Below are positions 35,790-46,146 of a stretch of DNA of 64,000 nt, in pieces; the stretch's first letter is position 1, and every line of letters starts with the position of its first letter. A program made the translations under genes and the position numbers. The notes beneath the pieces are model-generated. The model was given only the letters and a program-made list of their open reading frames with translations. It was not told the origin of the DNA and ran no database searches. Source of the DNA: Pseudomonas sp. (GTDB taxonomy: Bacteria > Pseudomonadota > Gammaproteobacteria > Pseudomonadales > Pseudomonadaceae); the NCBI GenBank assembly GCA_035635035.1, contig DASQBU010000016.1, positions 9,523 through 73,522 of the forward strand, read 5' to 3'.

Positions 35790-38393
35790 TCACGCCTGGC
35801 CGAGGAAGTCCTTGGCGAAGCGCTGCAGCACGCCGCCGGCCTGGTAGACGTTCACTTCGGCAGCGGTGTCGAGACGGCAGGTGACCGGCACCTTGACCAC
35901 TTTGCCGCTCTTGCGATGGATGACCAGGGTCAGATCGCAGCGCGGCGACAGCGCGCCTTCGATGTCGTAGGTCTCGGTGCCGTCGAGGCCGAGGGTCAGA
36001 CGGGTGGTGCCCGGCTTGAACTCGACCGGCAGCACGCCCATGCCGACCAGGTTGGTACGGTGGATGCGCTCGAAGCCTTCGGCGACGATCACCTCCACAC
36101 CGGCCAGACGCACGCCCTTGGCCGCCCAGTCGCGCGAGGAGCCCTGACCGTAGTCGGCACCGGCGACGATGATCAGGTTCTGCTTGCGGTTCATGTAGGT
36201 TTCGATGGCTTCCCACATGCGCATGACCTGGCCTTCCGGCTCGACGCGCGCCAGCGAACCCTTCTTCACCTGACCATCGACCACGGCCATCTCGTTGACC
36301 AGCTGCGGGTTGGCGAAGGTGGCGCGCTGTGCAGTCAGGTGGTCGCCGCGGTGGGTGGCGTAGGAGTTGAAGTCCTCCTCCGGCAGGCCCATCTTGGCCA
36401 GATACTCGCCGGCAGCCGAACTGGCCAGGATGGCGTTGGACGGCGACAGGTGGTCGGTGGTGATGTTGTCCGGCAGGATCGCCAGCGGACGCATGCCCTT
36501 GAGGGTACGCTCGCCGGCCAGCGCGCCTTCCCAGTACGGCGGACGACGGATGTAGGTGGACATCGGGCGCCAGTCGTACAGCGGGCTCTTGGCTTCCTCG
36601 ATGTTGCCCAGGTCGAACATCGGGATGTACACCTGCTTGAACTGCTCCGGCTTCACCGAGGCGGCGACGATGGCGTCGATTTCCTCGTCGCTCGGCCACA
36701 GGTCCTTCAGGGTGATCGGGTTGCCGTTCTTGTCGGTACCCAGCGCGTCCTTCTCGATGTCGAAGCGCACGGTACCGGCGATGGCGTAGGCGACCACCAG
36801 CGGCGGCGAGGCCAGGAAGGCCTGCTTGGCGTACGGGTGGATGCGGCCGTCGAAGTTGCGGTTGCCGGACAGCACGGCGGTGGAGTACAGGTCGCGGTCG
36901 ATGATTTCCTGCTGGATCTTCGGATCCAGGGCGCCGGACATGCCGTTGCAGGTGGTGCAGGCGTAGCCGACGATGCCGAAGCCGAGCTTCTCCAGCTCCG
37001 GCAGCAGGCCGGCTTCTTCCAGGTACAGCTTGGCGACCTTGGAGCCCGGCGCGAAGGAGGTCTTCACCCACGGCTTGCGCACCAGGCCCAGCGCGTTGGC
37101 CTTCTTGGCCAGCAGGCCGGCGGCCACCACGTTGCGCGGGTTGGAGGTGTTGGTGCAGCTGGTGATGGCGGCGATGATCACCGCGCCGTCCGGCAGCAGG
37201 CCCTCGGCTTCTTCAGCCTTGGCCGCAGCCAGCTTGGCCTCGTCGGCGATGCCGCGCTCGTGCAGCGCGGAGGTCGGCAGACGGCGGTGCGGGTTGGACG
37301 GACCGGCCATGTTGCGCACCACGCTGGACAGGTCGAACTCCAGCACGCGCTCGTACTCGGCGCCGGTCAGCGCGCTGGCCCACAGGCCGGTTTCCTTGGC
37401 GTACTGCTCGACCAGGGCGACCTGCTCCGGCTCGCGGCCGGTCAGCTTCAGGTAGTCGATGGTCTGCTGGTCGATGTAGAACATCGCCGCAGTGGCGCCG
37501 TATTCCGGGCACATGTTGGAGATGGTCGCGCGGTCGCCGATCGACAGGCTGTCGGCACCTTCACCGAAGAACTCGACGTAGGCACCCACCACGCGCTCCT
37601 TGCGCAGGAACTCGGTCAGCGCCAGCACGATGTCGGTGCAGGTGATGCCCGGCTGATGCTTGCCGCTCAGCTTGACGCCGACGATGTCGGGCAGGCGCAT
37701 CATCGACGGATGGCCGAGCATCACGGTTTCCGCTTCCAGACCACCGACGCCGATGGCGATCACGCCGAGCGCGTCGACGTGCGGGGTGTGCGAGTCGGTG
37801 CCCACGCAGGTGTCCGGGAAGGCCACGCCTTCGCGGGCCTGGATCACCGGCGACATCTTCTCCAGGTTGATCTGGTGCATGATGCCGTTGCCGGCCGGGA
37901 TCACGTCGACGTTCTTGAACGCGGTCTTGGTCCACTCGATGAAGTGGAAGCGGTCCTCGTTGCGGCGATCTTCGATGGCGCGGTTCTTGGCGAAGGCCTC
38001 CGGATCGAAGCCGGGCGCTTCCACGGCCAGCGAGTGGTCGACGATCAGCTGGGTCGGCACCACCGGGTTGACCTTCGACGGGTCACCGCCCTGCTCGGCG
38101 ATGGCGTCGCGCAGGCCGGCCAGGTCGACCAGCGCGGTCTGGCCGAGGATGTCGTGGCAGACCACGCGGGCCGGGTACCACGGGAAGTCGAGGTCGCGCT
38201 TGCGCTCGATGAGCTGCTTCAGCGAGTCGGTGAGCATCTCCGGCTCGCAGCGGCGCACCAGCTGCTCGGCCAGCACGCGGGAGGTGTAGGGCAGCTTGGC
38301 GTAGGCGCCCGGCTGGATGGCCTCGACCGCTTCGCGGGTGTCGAAGTAGTCCAGCTGGGTGCCGGGCAGGTGTTTGCGGTACTGGGTATTCAT
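35790..38393 (-). CDS. acnD: Fe/S-dependent 2-methylcitrate dehydratase AcnD
   Basis: RVVCHDILGQ, Fe-S ligands in ITSCTNTSN and ACTTCNG, GSSRDWAAKG. Confidence 0.96.
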   Translation of the reverse strand: MNTQYRKHLPGTQLDYFDTREAVEAIQPGAYAKLPYTSRVLAEQLVRRCEPEMLTDSLKQLIERKRDLDFPWYPARVVCHDILGQTALVDLAGLRDAIAEQGGDPSKVNPVVPTQLIVDHSLAVEAPGFDPEAFAKNRAIEDRRNEDRFHFIEWTKTAFKNVDVIPAGNGIMHQINLEKMSPVIQAREGVAFPDTCVGTDSHTPHVDALGVIAIGVGGLEAETVMLGHPSMMRLPDIVGVKLSGKHQPGITCTDIVLALTEFLRKERVVGAYVEFFGEGADSLSIGDRATISNMCPEYGATAAMFYIDQQTIDYLKLTGREPEQVALVEQYAKETGLWASALTGAEYERVLEFDLSSVVRNMAGPSNPHRRLPTSALHERGIADEAKLAAAKAEEAEGLLPDGAVIIAAITSCTNTSNPRNVVAAGLLAKKANALGLVRKPWVKTSFAPGSKVAKLYLEEAGLLPELEKLGFGIVGYACTTCNGMSGALDPKIQQEIIDRDLYSTAVLSGNRNFDGRIHPYAKQAFLASPPLVVAYAIAGTVRFDIEKDALGTDKNGNPITLKDLWPSDEEIDAIVAASVKPEQFKQVYIPMFDLGNIEEAKSPLYDWRPMSTYIRRPPYWEGALAGERTLKGMRPLAILPDNITTDHLSPSNAILASSAAGEYLAKMGLPEEDFNSYATHRGDHLTAQRATFANPQLVNEMAVVDGQVKKGSLARVEPEGQVMRMWEAIETYMNRKQNLIIVAGADYGQGSSRDWAAKGVRLAGVEVIVAEGFERIHRTNLVGMGVLPVEFKPGTTRLTLGLDGTETYDIEGALSPRCDLTLVIHRKSGKVVKVPVTCRLDTAAEVNVYQAGGVLQRFAKDFLGQA

Positions 38394-38394
38394 G

Positions 38395-39558
38395 TTACTG
38401 ACGCTCCCGGAGCGGGACGAATTTGAGGTTTTCCGGACCGACGTAGTTGGCGCTCGGGCGGATGATCTTGCCGTCGACGCGCTGCTCGATGACGTGCGAC
38501 GACCAGCCGGAGGTGCGGGCGATCACGAACAGCGGGGTGAACATGGCGGTGGGCACGCCCATCATGTGGTAGCTGACCGCGCTGAACCAGTCGAGGTTGG
38601 GGAACATCTTCTTGATGTCCCACATCACGCTCTCGAGACGCTCGGCGATGTCGTACATCTTGGTGTTGTTCTGCTCGACGCTCAGCTCGCGGGCGACTTC
38701 CTTGATCACCTTGTTGCGCGGGTCGGCAACGGTGTACACCGGGTGGCCGAAGCCGATCACGACTTCCTTGCGCTCGACGCGGGCACGGATGTCGGCCTCG
38801 GCCTCGTCCGGGTTGTCGTAGCGCTTCTGGATCTCGAAGGCCACCTCGTTGGCGCCGCCGTGCTTCGGACCGCGCAGCGCGCCGATCGAGCCGGTGATGC
38901 AGGAGTACATGTCCGAGCCGGTGCCGGCGATCACCCGGGAGGTGAAGGTCGAGGCGTTGAACTCGTGCTCCGCGTAGAGGATCAGCGAGGTGTGCATCGC
39001 GCGCACCCACGACTCGCGCGGCTTCTCGCCATGCAGCAGGTGCAGGAAGTGGCCGCCGATCGAGTCGTCGTCGGTGTCCACGTCGATGCGCTTGCCGTTG
39101 TGGCTGAAGTGGTACCAGTACAGCAGCATGGAGCCCAGGCAGGCCATCAGCTTGTCGGCGATGTCGCGGGCGCCCGGATGGTTGTGGTCGTCCTTCTCCG
39201 GCGACAGGCAGCCGAGCACGGACACGCCGGTGCGCATCACGTCCATCGGGTGGGCCGAGGGCGGCAGCTGCTCGAGGGCGGCTTTCACGCCGGCCGGCAG
39301 GCCGCGCAGGGCCTTCAGCTTGGCCTTGTAGCCGGCCAGTTCGGAAACGGTCGGCAGCTTGCCGTGCACCAGCAGGTGGGCGATTTCCTCGAATTCGCAG
39401 GTGGTGGCGACATCCAGGATGTCATAGCCACGGTAGTGCAGGTCGTTACCGCTGCGGCCGACGGTGCACAGGGCGGTGTTGCCGGCGGCGGTGCCGCTCA
39501 GGGCCACGGACTTCTTCGGCTTGAAGCCAACGGTGGTGGTTTCGGCAGTGGCGCTCAT
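38395..39558 (-). CDS. prpC: 2-methylcitrate synthase
   Basis: [36 protein letters not shown]. Confidence 0.96.
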   Translation of the reverse strand: MSATAETTTVGFKPKKSVALSGTAAGNTALCTVGRSGNDLHYRGYDILDVATTCEFEEIAHLLVHGKLPTVSELAGYKAKLKALRGLPAGVKAALEQLPPSAHPMDVMRTGVSVLGCLSPEKDDHNHPGARDIADKLMACLGSMLLYWYHFSHNGKRIDVDTDDDSIGGHFLHLLHGEKPRESWVRAMHTSLILYAEHEFNASTFTSRVIAGTGSDMYSCITGSIGALRGPKHGGANEVAFEIQKRYDNPDEAEADIRARVERKEVVIGFGHPVYTVADPRNKVIKEVARELSVEQNNTKMYDIAERLESVMWDIKKMFPNLDWFSAVSYHMMGVPTAMFTPLFVIARTSGWSSHVIEQRVDGKIIRPSANYVGPENLKFVPLRERQ

Positions 39559-39634
39559 CGGGGTTTCTCCTCTAGCTAATCCGGTTGCTTTCTCTTGTTT
39601 TTTCCACCGGCCGCGCCTGCGGCCGGCAGTCCGG

Positions 39635-40519
39635 TCATTTCTTGGCAGCGAACAGCGCGTCGAGCTTCTGCTCGAAGGCGTGGTAGCCGATGCGATCGTA
39701 CAGCTCGGCACGGGTCTGCATCAGTTCGACGACGTCCTTCTGGTGGCCGTTCTGGCGGATCGAGGTGTAGACGGCCTCGGCGGCCTTGTTGGCGGCGCGG
39801 AAGGCGGACAGCGGATACAGCTGGATGGCCACGCCGACCGAGGCCAGCTCGTCGCGGGTGAACAGCGGGGTGGCGCCGAACTCGGTGATGTTGGCGAGGA
39901 TCGGCACGTTCAGGGCATCGACGAAACGCTTGTAGGTCGGCAGGTCGTAGGCGGCCTCGGCGAAGATGGCGTCGGCGCCGGCTTCGACGTAGCGCTGGCA
40001 GCGCTCGATGGCGGCGTCCACGCCTTCGGCCTGGATGGCGTCGGTGCGCGCGATCAGGAAGAAGTCCGGATCGGTCTTGGCGTCGGCGGCGGCCTTCACG
40101 CGGTCGACCATCTCCTCGGTGGAGACGATTTCCTTGCCCGGACGGTGGCCGCAACGCTTGGCGCCGACCTGGTCCTCGATGTGCGCGGCGGCGGCGCCGG
40201 CCTTGATCAGGTTCTTGACGGTGCGCTCGATGTTGAAGGCGCTCGGACCGAAGCCGGTGTCGATGTCGACCAGCAGCGGCAGGTCGCAGACGTCGGTGAT
40301 GCGGCGCACGTCGGTGAGCACGTCGTCCAGGGTGTTGATGCCCAGGTCCGGCAGGCCCAGCGAGCCGGCGGCCACGCCGCCGCCGGACAGGTAGATCGCC
40401 TTGAAACCGGCGCGCTTGGCCAGCAGCGCGTGGTTGGCGTTGATGGCGCCGATCACCTGCAGCGGATGCTCGTTGGCGATGGCTTCGCGGAACAGCTGGC
40501 CGGGAGTCTTCTTGGTCAT
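39635..40519 (-). CDS. prpB: 2-methylisocitrate lyase
   Basis: KRCGH catalytic loop, [20 protein letters not shown]. Confidence 0.97.
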   Translation of the reverse strand: MTKKTPGQLFREAIANEHPLQVIGAINANHALLAKRAGFKAIYLSGGGVAAGSLGLPDLGINTLDDVLTDVRRITDVCDLPLLVDIDTGFGPSAFNIERTVKNLIKAGAAAAHIEDQVGAKRCGHRPGKEIVSTEEMVDRVKAAADAKTDPDFFLIARTDAIQAEGVDAAIERCQRYVEAGADAIFAEAAYDLPTYKRFVDALNVPILANITEFGATPLFTRDELASVGVAIQLYPLSAFRAANKAAEAVYTSIRQNGHQKDVVELMQTRAELYDRIGYHAFEQKLDALFAAKK

Positions 40520-41238
40520 GACTTACCTCGTTGCGTGGCGTTCTGGGTAGTAGCGCCTTGGAAGTGACGCGCGATGTTGCGCTTGGACGCGGCGATGTGG
40601 CGCCGCATCAGGAGCTCGGCCAGTTCGCCGTCACGGTCGGCGATGGCATCGAGAATGCGGTGGTGCTCGGCGAAGGCCTGGTGCGGCCGGTTCGGCGTCG
40701 CCGAGAACTGGATGCGGTACATGCGCACCAGCTGGTACAGCTCGTTGCACAGCAGGTTGCTGAGGGTGCGGTTGCCGCTGCCCTGGATGATCCGGTAGTG
40801 GAAGTCGAAGTCGCCTTCCTGCTGGTAGTAGCCGCGCCCGGCGCGGAAGGCCTCGTCGCCCTCGTGGGTTTCCAGCACGCGGCGCAGCTCGTCGACCTCG
40901 GCCTCACTCATCCGCTCGGCGGCCAGCCGGCAGGCCATGCCTTCCAGTGACTCGCGGATCTCGTACAGCTCGATCAGCTCGGCCTGGCTCAGCGACACCA
41001 CCCGCGCGCCGACGTGCGGCACGCGCACCAGCAGGCGCTGGCCTTCCAGGCGGCGGATCGCCTCGCGCAGCGGGCCGCGGCTGATGCCGTAGGCGCGCGC
41101 CAGCTCCGGCTCGGAAATCTTGCTGCCCGGGGCGATGTCGCCGCGCACGATGGCCGACTGGATACGCCGGAACACGTTGTCCGAGAGCGTCCCGGACTCG
41201 TCGTCCATCAGCAGGCTGCCTTCAAGAACCTCACTCAT
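40516..41238 (-). CDS. GntR/FCD-family regulator of the methylcitrate operon
   Basis: [29 protein letters not shown] motifs DFHY and EHHRIL; first gene of the prp operon. Confidence 0.92.
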   Translation of the reverse strand: MSEVLEGSLLMDDESGTLSDNVFRRIQSAIVRGDIAPGSKISEPELARAYGISRGPLREAIRRLEGQRLLVRVPHVGARVVSLSQAELIELYEIRESLEGMACRLAAERMSEAEVDELRRVLETHEGDEAFRAGRGYYQQEGDFDFHYRIIQGSGNRTLSNLLCNELYQLVRMYRIQFSATPNRPHQAFAEHHRILDAIADRDGELAELLMRRHIAASKRNIARHFQGATTQNATQRGKS

Positions 41239-41327
41239 GATTGTCGACACATCAGCGATTCGATTGGCCAAAAACTACGACCAAGCCCACTGAATGTCAA
41301 ACACCCTTAGACGATTGTCGACAATCG
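41239..41327. promoter_or_regulatory. Two GntR-type operator sites for the prp regulator
   Basis: Perfect 16-bp palindrome CGATTGTCGACAATCG at 41312-41327, and a second copy GATTGTCGACA at 41239-41249 abutting the start codon; fits the FadR/GntR TTGT-N-ACAA pattern. Confidence 0.8.
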
Positions 41328-41520
41328 ACCCGGCAACGCTATTTCTGTCACAGCCCTTGCAACAACCCCGCCGGTCGCGGCCGGCAGCGTGCCCGGGCTG
41401 TCGCCGGACCACCGGTCGCATGCTAGAATCCCGGCCGCCCAGCGGTTGCAGAACCCGCGCCACCAGCCGGCGTGCCGCCCAACCCCCGCAGGCCCCTCCA
41501 CGCCTCACCAACCGGGACCC

Positions 41521-42057
41521 ATGAGACTCAAGCCGCTTGTCTTGCTACTCAGCCTACTGATGCCCTGTGGCCTTGCCCTGGCGGCAGGGAAAACCGTCTA
41601 CGGCCTCCACGAATATGCCCGCATCGAGGAACTCGGTACAGTTCTGCCCGCCAAGCTCGACACCGGCGCCAAGACCGCCTCGCTGAGCGCGCGCAACATC
41701 AAGCGCTTCAAGCGCAAAGGCGAGTCCTGGGTGCGCTTCACCCTCGGCACCGCCGATGACGACACGCCGGTGATCGAGAAGCCGCTGGCGCGCCTCAGCC
41801 ACATCAAGCGCCGCGCCGGTGACTACGACCCGGACGAGGACAAGGCCTACACCACGCGGCCGGTGATCGAACTGGATGTCTGCATGGGCAAGACCCTGCG
41901 CAGCATCGAGGTCAACCTCACCGACCGCAGCTCCTTCGACTATCCGCTGCTGATCGGCTCCGATGCGCTCAAGCACTTCGGCGCCCTGGTCGACCCGAGC
42001 CTCAAATACGCCGCCGGGCAACCCGCTTGCCCGACCGTTGCCCATCCCGACGAGTAA
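41521..42057 (+). CDS. Exported retropepsin-like ('ATP-dependent zinc') protease, RloA-like
   Basis: Signal peptide, AKLDTGAKTASL, EVNLTDRS...YPLLIG. Confidence 0.88.
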   Translation: MRLKPLVLLLSLLMPCGLALAAGKTVYGLHEYARIEELGTVLPAKLDTGAKTASLSARNIKRFKRKGESWVRFTLGTADDDTPVIEKPLARLSHIKRRAGDYDPDEDKAYTTRPVIELDVCMGKTLRSIEVNLTDRSSFDYPLLIGSDALKHFGALVDPSLKYAAGQPACPTVAHPDE

Positions 42058-42062
42058 ATCCG

Positions 42063-43589
42063 ATGCGCTCTCTCACACTGCACCTGAAAGTCCTCATCGC
42101 CATTCTGGTGAGCCTGGGCGTGCTGATCACCGCCTACCAGATCTTCGTGCTCGGCATCCCGGTCACCGAGGCGGAAACCGACAACGTCTGGAACATCGAC
42201 GCCAAGATCGACTTCCAGGCCGCCCCGCATACGCCGGTCAAGGTGCAGATGTACGTGCCGCCGCTGGGCCAGGACTTCGTCAGCCTCAACGAGAGCTTCA
42301 TCTCCAACAACTACGGCGTCAGCGTCAACAACGTCGACGGCAACCGCCGGGTGACCTGGTCGGCGCGGCGCGCCAAGGGCCCGCAGACCCTCTACTACCG
42401 GATGGCGCTGACCAAGCGCTACACCACGGAAAAAGCCAAGGAACAGGGGCCGGCCTACCGCGAAAGCCTGCCGATCTCCGGCCCCGAGCAGATCGCCGCC
42501 GAAGCCCTGCTGGCGCCCATCCGCCAGCACTCGGCCGACGTTGAGACCTTCATCAGCGAGACCATCCGCCGCGTCAACACGCTGAACGACGACAACGTCA
42601 AGCTGCTGCTGGCCGGCGACGCCTCGGTCACCAACCGCGCGCGGATCATCGACCTGCTGCTGTCCATCGGACACATTCCGCTGGAGCGCGTGCACACCAT
42701 CCGCCTGCTCGCCGAGCAGCCGCAGACCCCCGAGCTGTGGCTGCGCAGCTACAACGGCGAGAAATGGCTGTACTTCAACCCGGACAACGGCCAGCAGGGC
42801 CTGCCCAACGACCGCCTGATCTGGTGGCTGGGCGACGGCGAACTGGTCGAGGTCGAGGGCGGCAAGCAGGCGCAGGTCACCTTCACCCTCAACCGCAGCG
42901 AGCTGAACGCCATCCGCCTGGCCAAGCAGTCCGACGCCTCGGCCAACTCCGGCTTCCTCGAGTACTCGCTGTACGGCCTGCCGCTGCAGACCCAGCAGAC
43001 CTATCAGGTGATGATCATGATCCCGATCGGCGTGCTGGTGATCCTCATCCTGCGCAACCTCGGCGGCCTGCAGACCCTCGGCACCTTCACCCCGGTGCTG
43101 ATCGCCCTGGCCTTCCGCGAGACCCAGCTGGGCTTCGGCATCGTGCTGTTCACCATCATCACCGCCCTGGGCCTGTCGCTGCGCTCCTACCTCGAGCACC
43201 TCAAGCTGCAGATGCTGCCGCGCCTGTCGGTGGTGCTGACCTTCGTGGTGATCCTGATCGCAGTGATCAGCCTGTTCAGCCACAAGCTCGGCCTCGAGCG
43301 CGGCCTGTCGGTGGCGCTGTTCCCGATGGTGATCCTGACCATGACCATCGAGCGCCTGTCGATCACCTGGGAAGAGCGCGGCGGCGGCCACGCCTTCAAG
43401 GTCGCGGTCGGCACCCTGATCGCCGCCACCCTGGCCTACCTGCTGATGACCATTCCGGAGCTGACCTACTTCATCTTCACCTTCCCGGCGGTGCTGCTGA
43501 TCCTGGTCGGCTTCATGCTGGCGATGGGCCGCTACCGCGGCTACCGCCTGACCGAGCTGTTCCGCTTCAAAGCCTTCCTCAAGGACTGA
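42063..43589 (+). CDS. Inactive transglutaminase fused to a 7TM domain (RloB-like)
   Basis: N-terminal TM, transglutaminase-like ELWL...WLYFNP, C-terminal TMs with GTFTPVLIALAF and YRGYRLTEL. Confidence 0.88.
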   Translation: MRSLTLHLKVLIAILVSLGVLITAYQIFVLGIPVTEAETDNVWNIDAKIDFQAAPHTPVKVQMYVPPLGQDFVSLNESFISNNYGVSVNNVDGNRRVTWSARRAKGPQTLYYRMALTKRYTTEKAKEQGPAYRESLPISGPEQIAAEALLAPIRQHSADVETFISETIRRVNTLNDDNVKLLLAGDASVTNRARIIDLLLSIGHIPLERVHTIRLLAEQPQTPELWLRSYNGEKWLYFNPDNGQQGLPNDRLIWWLGDGELVEVEGGKQAQVTFTLNRSELNAIRLAKQSDASANSGFLEYSLYGLPLQTQQTYQVMIMIPIGVLVILILRNLGGLQTLGTFTPVLIALAFRETQLGFGIVLFTIITALGLSLRSYLEHLKLQMLPRLSVVLTFVVILIAVISLFSHKLGLERGLSVALFPMVILTMTIERLSITWEERGGGHAFKVAVGTLIAATLAYLLMTIPELTYFIFTFPAVLLILVGFMLAMGRYRGYRLTELFRFKAFLKD

Positions 43590-43592
43590 GCC

Positions 43593-44579
43593 ATGATCAA
43601 CCTGTGGAAGACCTGGAAGGCCCTGGAAGCCAAGGGCATCATGGGCATCAACCGGCGCAATGCGGACTACGTGCTGAAGTACAACAAGCGCAGCCTGTAC
43701 CCGGTGGTGGACGACAAGATCATCACCAAGGAGCGCGCCATCAAGGCCGGCATCCACGTGCCGCAGATGTACGGGATCATCTCCACCGAGAAGGAGATCG
43801 AGAAGCTCGACCAGATCATCGGCGAGCACAACGACTTCGTGATCAAGCCGGCGCAGGGCGCCGGCGGCGATGGCATCCTGGTGATCGCCGACCGCTTCGA
43901 GGGGCGCTTCCGGACCGTCTCCGGCAAGATCGTCAGCCACGAGGAAATCGAGCAGCAGATCTCCAGCATCCTCTCCGGCCTGTACTCGCTGGGCGGTGGC
44001 CGCGACCGCGCGCTGATCGAATACCGCGTCACCCCCGACCCGATCTTCAAGAGCATCAGCTACGAGGGCGTGCCGGACATCCGCATCATCGTGCTGATGG
44101 GCTACCCGGTGATGGCCATGCTGCGCCTGCCGACCCGCCAGTCCAGCGGCAAGGCCAACCTGCACCAGGGCGCCATCGGCGTCGGCGTCGACCTGGCCAC
44201 CGGCATCACCCTGCGCGGCACCTGGCTGAACAACAAGATCAACAAGCACCCGGACACCACCAACGCGGTGGACGGCGTGCAGCTGCCCGACTGGGACGGC
44301 TTCATGAAGCTGGCCGCCAGCTGCTACGAGCTGTGCGGGCTCGGCTACATCGGTGTCGACATGGTGCTCGACATCGACAAGGGTCCGCTGATCCTCGAAC
44401 TCAACGCCCGCCCCGGCCTGAACATCCAGATCGCCAATGACTGCGGCCTGACCCATCGCTGCCACGCGGTGGAAGAGCGCCTGGAGGAGCTGAAGGCCAG
44501 GGGCATCCAGGAAACCCCGGAGCAGCGCGTGCGCTTCTCCCAGGAACTGTTCGGCCACGTCAGGACGACGGAAATCTGA
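43593..44579 (+). CDS. Alpha-L-glutamate ligase-like ATP-grasp protein (RimK-related)
   Basis: GINRRN, VDDK, VIKPAQGAGGDG, PDIR, ANLHQG, LELNARPG. Confidence 0.9.
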   Translation: MINLWKTWKALEAKGIMGINRRNADYVLKYNKRSLYPVVDDKIITKERAIKAGIHVPQMYGIISTEKEIEKLDQIIGEHNDFVIKPAQGAGGDGILVIADRFEGRFRTVSGKIVSHEEIEQQISSILSGLYSLGGGRDRALIEYRVTPDPIFKSISYEGVPDIRIIVLMGYPVMAMLRLPTRQSSGKANLHQGAIGVGVDLATGITLRGTWLNNKINKHPDTTNAVDGVQLPDWDGFMKLAASCYELCGLGYIGVDMVLDIDKGPLILELNARPGLNIQIANDCGLTHRCHAVEERLEELKARGIQETPEQRVRFSQELFGHVRTTEI

Positions 44580-44696
44580 CCGGCAGGCGCCCGCCCCAGC
44601 AGGCGCCAGCACCTCTCGTCTCCACGCAGCCAGTCGCTCTAGGCTGAGGTTTTCCGCCGCACTAGAATCCCGGCTTGCGATACTCCGAGCCAAGCC

Positions 44697-46043
44697 ATGC
44701 CCACCTGTTGCGTTCACCCCCTGCCCTACCACGCCGACCCGCGCCAACGCTTCGCCCGCCTGCGCGGCGCTCCCGGCGCCTGCCTGCTGGACGGCGGCCA
44801 GCCGCACTCCGCGCGCAGCCGCTACGACCTGCTGAGCGCCTGGCCCGAGCGCCAGCTGCAGCCCGCAGACGGCGAGGACGGCCGCGCCTTCCTCGCCCGC
44901 TGCCGCGCCGCGCTGGCCGAGCTGGGCCGCGCCGACGCACCGGACGACTGCGAGCTGCCGTTCACCGGCGGCCTGCTCGGCTACCTCGGCTACGACTTCG
45001 GTCGCCGCCTGGAGCGCCTGCCACAGCAGGCGACCGACGACCTGCAGCTGCCGGATGCCGCCTTCGGCCTGTACGCCTGGGCGCTGGTCAGCGACCACCA
45101 GCGGCAGACCTCGCAGCTGGTGTTCCACCCCAGCCTGCCGGAGTCGCGCCGCCAGGCGCTGGTCGCGCTGTTCGAGCGCGGCGCACCCGCGCCAGCCGGC
45201 GCCTTCCGCCTCGACGCGCCGTTCCGCCCGGACATCGACGCCGCGCAGTACCGCCAGGCCATCGAGCGGGTGCAGGCCTACATCCGCGCCGGCGACTGCT
45301 ATCAGGTCAACTTCACCCAGCGCTTCCGCGCCCGCTGGCAGGGCGACCCGTGGCGCGCCTACCTGGCGCTGCGCGACGCCTGCCCGACGCCGTTCGCCGG
45401 CTACCTCGCGCTGGAGCGCGGCGCCATCCTCAGCCTGTCGCCGGAGCGCTTCGTCCGCGTGCACCAGGGCCAGGTGGAAACCCGGCCTATCAAGGGCACC
45501 CGCCCGCGCGGCCGGGAGGCCGAGGAGGACCGCGCGCTGGCCGCCGAGCTGCAGGCCAGCGCCAAGGACCGCGCCGAGAACCTGATGATCGTCGACCTGC
45601 TGCGCAACGACCTCGGGCGCAGCTGCCGCACCGGCTCGGTGCGCGTGCCGGAGCTGTTCGCCCTGGAGAGCTACCCCAACGTGCACCACCTGGTCAGCGC
45701 GGTGCGCGGCGAGCTGGCACCCGGCATCGACGCCTTCGACCTGCTGGCCGGCAGCTTCCCCGGCGGCTCGATCACCGGGGCGCCGAAGATCCGCGCCATG
45801 CAGATCATCGACGAACTGGAGCCGAGCCGCCGCTCGATCTACTGCGGCTCGCTGCTGTACATCGACAGCCGCGGCGAGATGGACAGCTCGATCTGCATCC
45901 GCACCCTGCTGCTGCAGGACGGCCAGGCCTGCTGCTGGGGCGGCGGCGGCATCGTCATGGACTCCGACTGGCAGGCCGAGTACCAGGAGTCCCTGACCAA
46001 GGTGCGGGTGCTGATGGAAACCCTGGAAGCCCCCCTCGACTGA
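44697..46043 (+). CDS. pabB: Aminodeoxychorismate synthase component I
   Basis: GDCYQVN, SPERF, PIKGT, ENLMIVDLLRNDLG, FPGGSITGAPK. Confidence 0.96.
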   Translation: MPTCCVHPLPYHADPRQRFARLRGAPGACLLDGGQPHSARSRYDLLSAWPERQLQPADGEDGRAFLARCRAALAELGRADAPDDCELPFTGGLLGYLGYDFGRRLERLPQQATDDLQLPDAAFGLYAWALVSDHQRQTSQLVFHPSLPESRRQALVALFERGAPAPAGAFRLDAPFRPDIDAAQYRQAIERVQAYIRAGDCYQVNFTQRFRARWQGDPWRAYLALRDACPTPFAGYLALERGAILSLSPERFVRVHQGQVETRPIKGTRPRGREAEEDRALAAELQASAKDRAENLMIVDLLRNDLGRSCRTGSVRVPELFALESYPNVHHLVSAVRGELAPGIDAFDLLAGSFPGGSITGAPKIRAMQIIDELEPSRRSIYCGSLLYIDSRGEMDSSICIRTLLLQDGQACCWGGGGIVMDSDWQAEYQESLTKVRVLMETLEAPLD

Positions 46044-46146
46044 ATCCCCGCGGCGGCCGGAAGGGCGACCGGCGCGGCAGACTCCGTCGCGCCGCTTGTC
46101 TAGACTGCGCTCCCGGCCCCGCTTCGTTGCTCATGAAAGGATCCCC

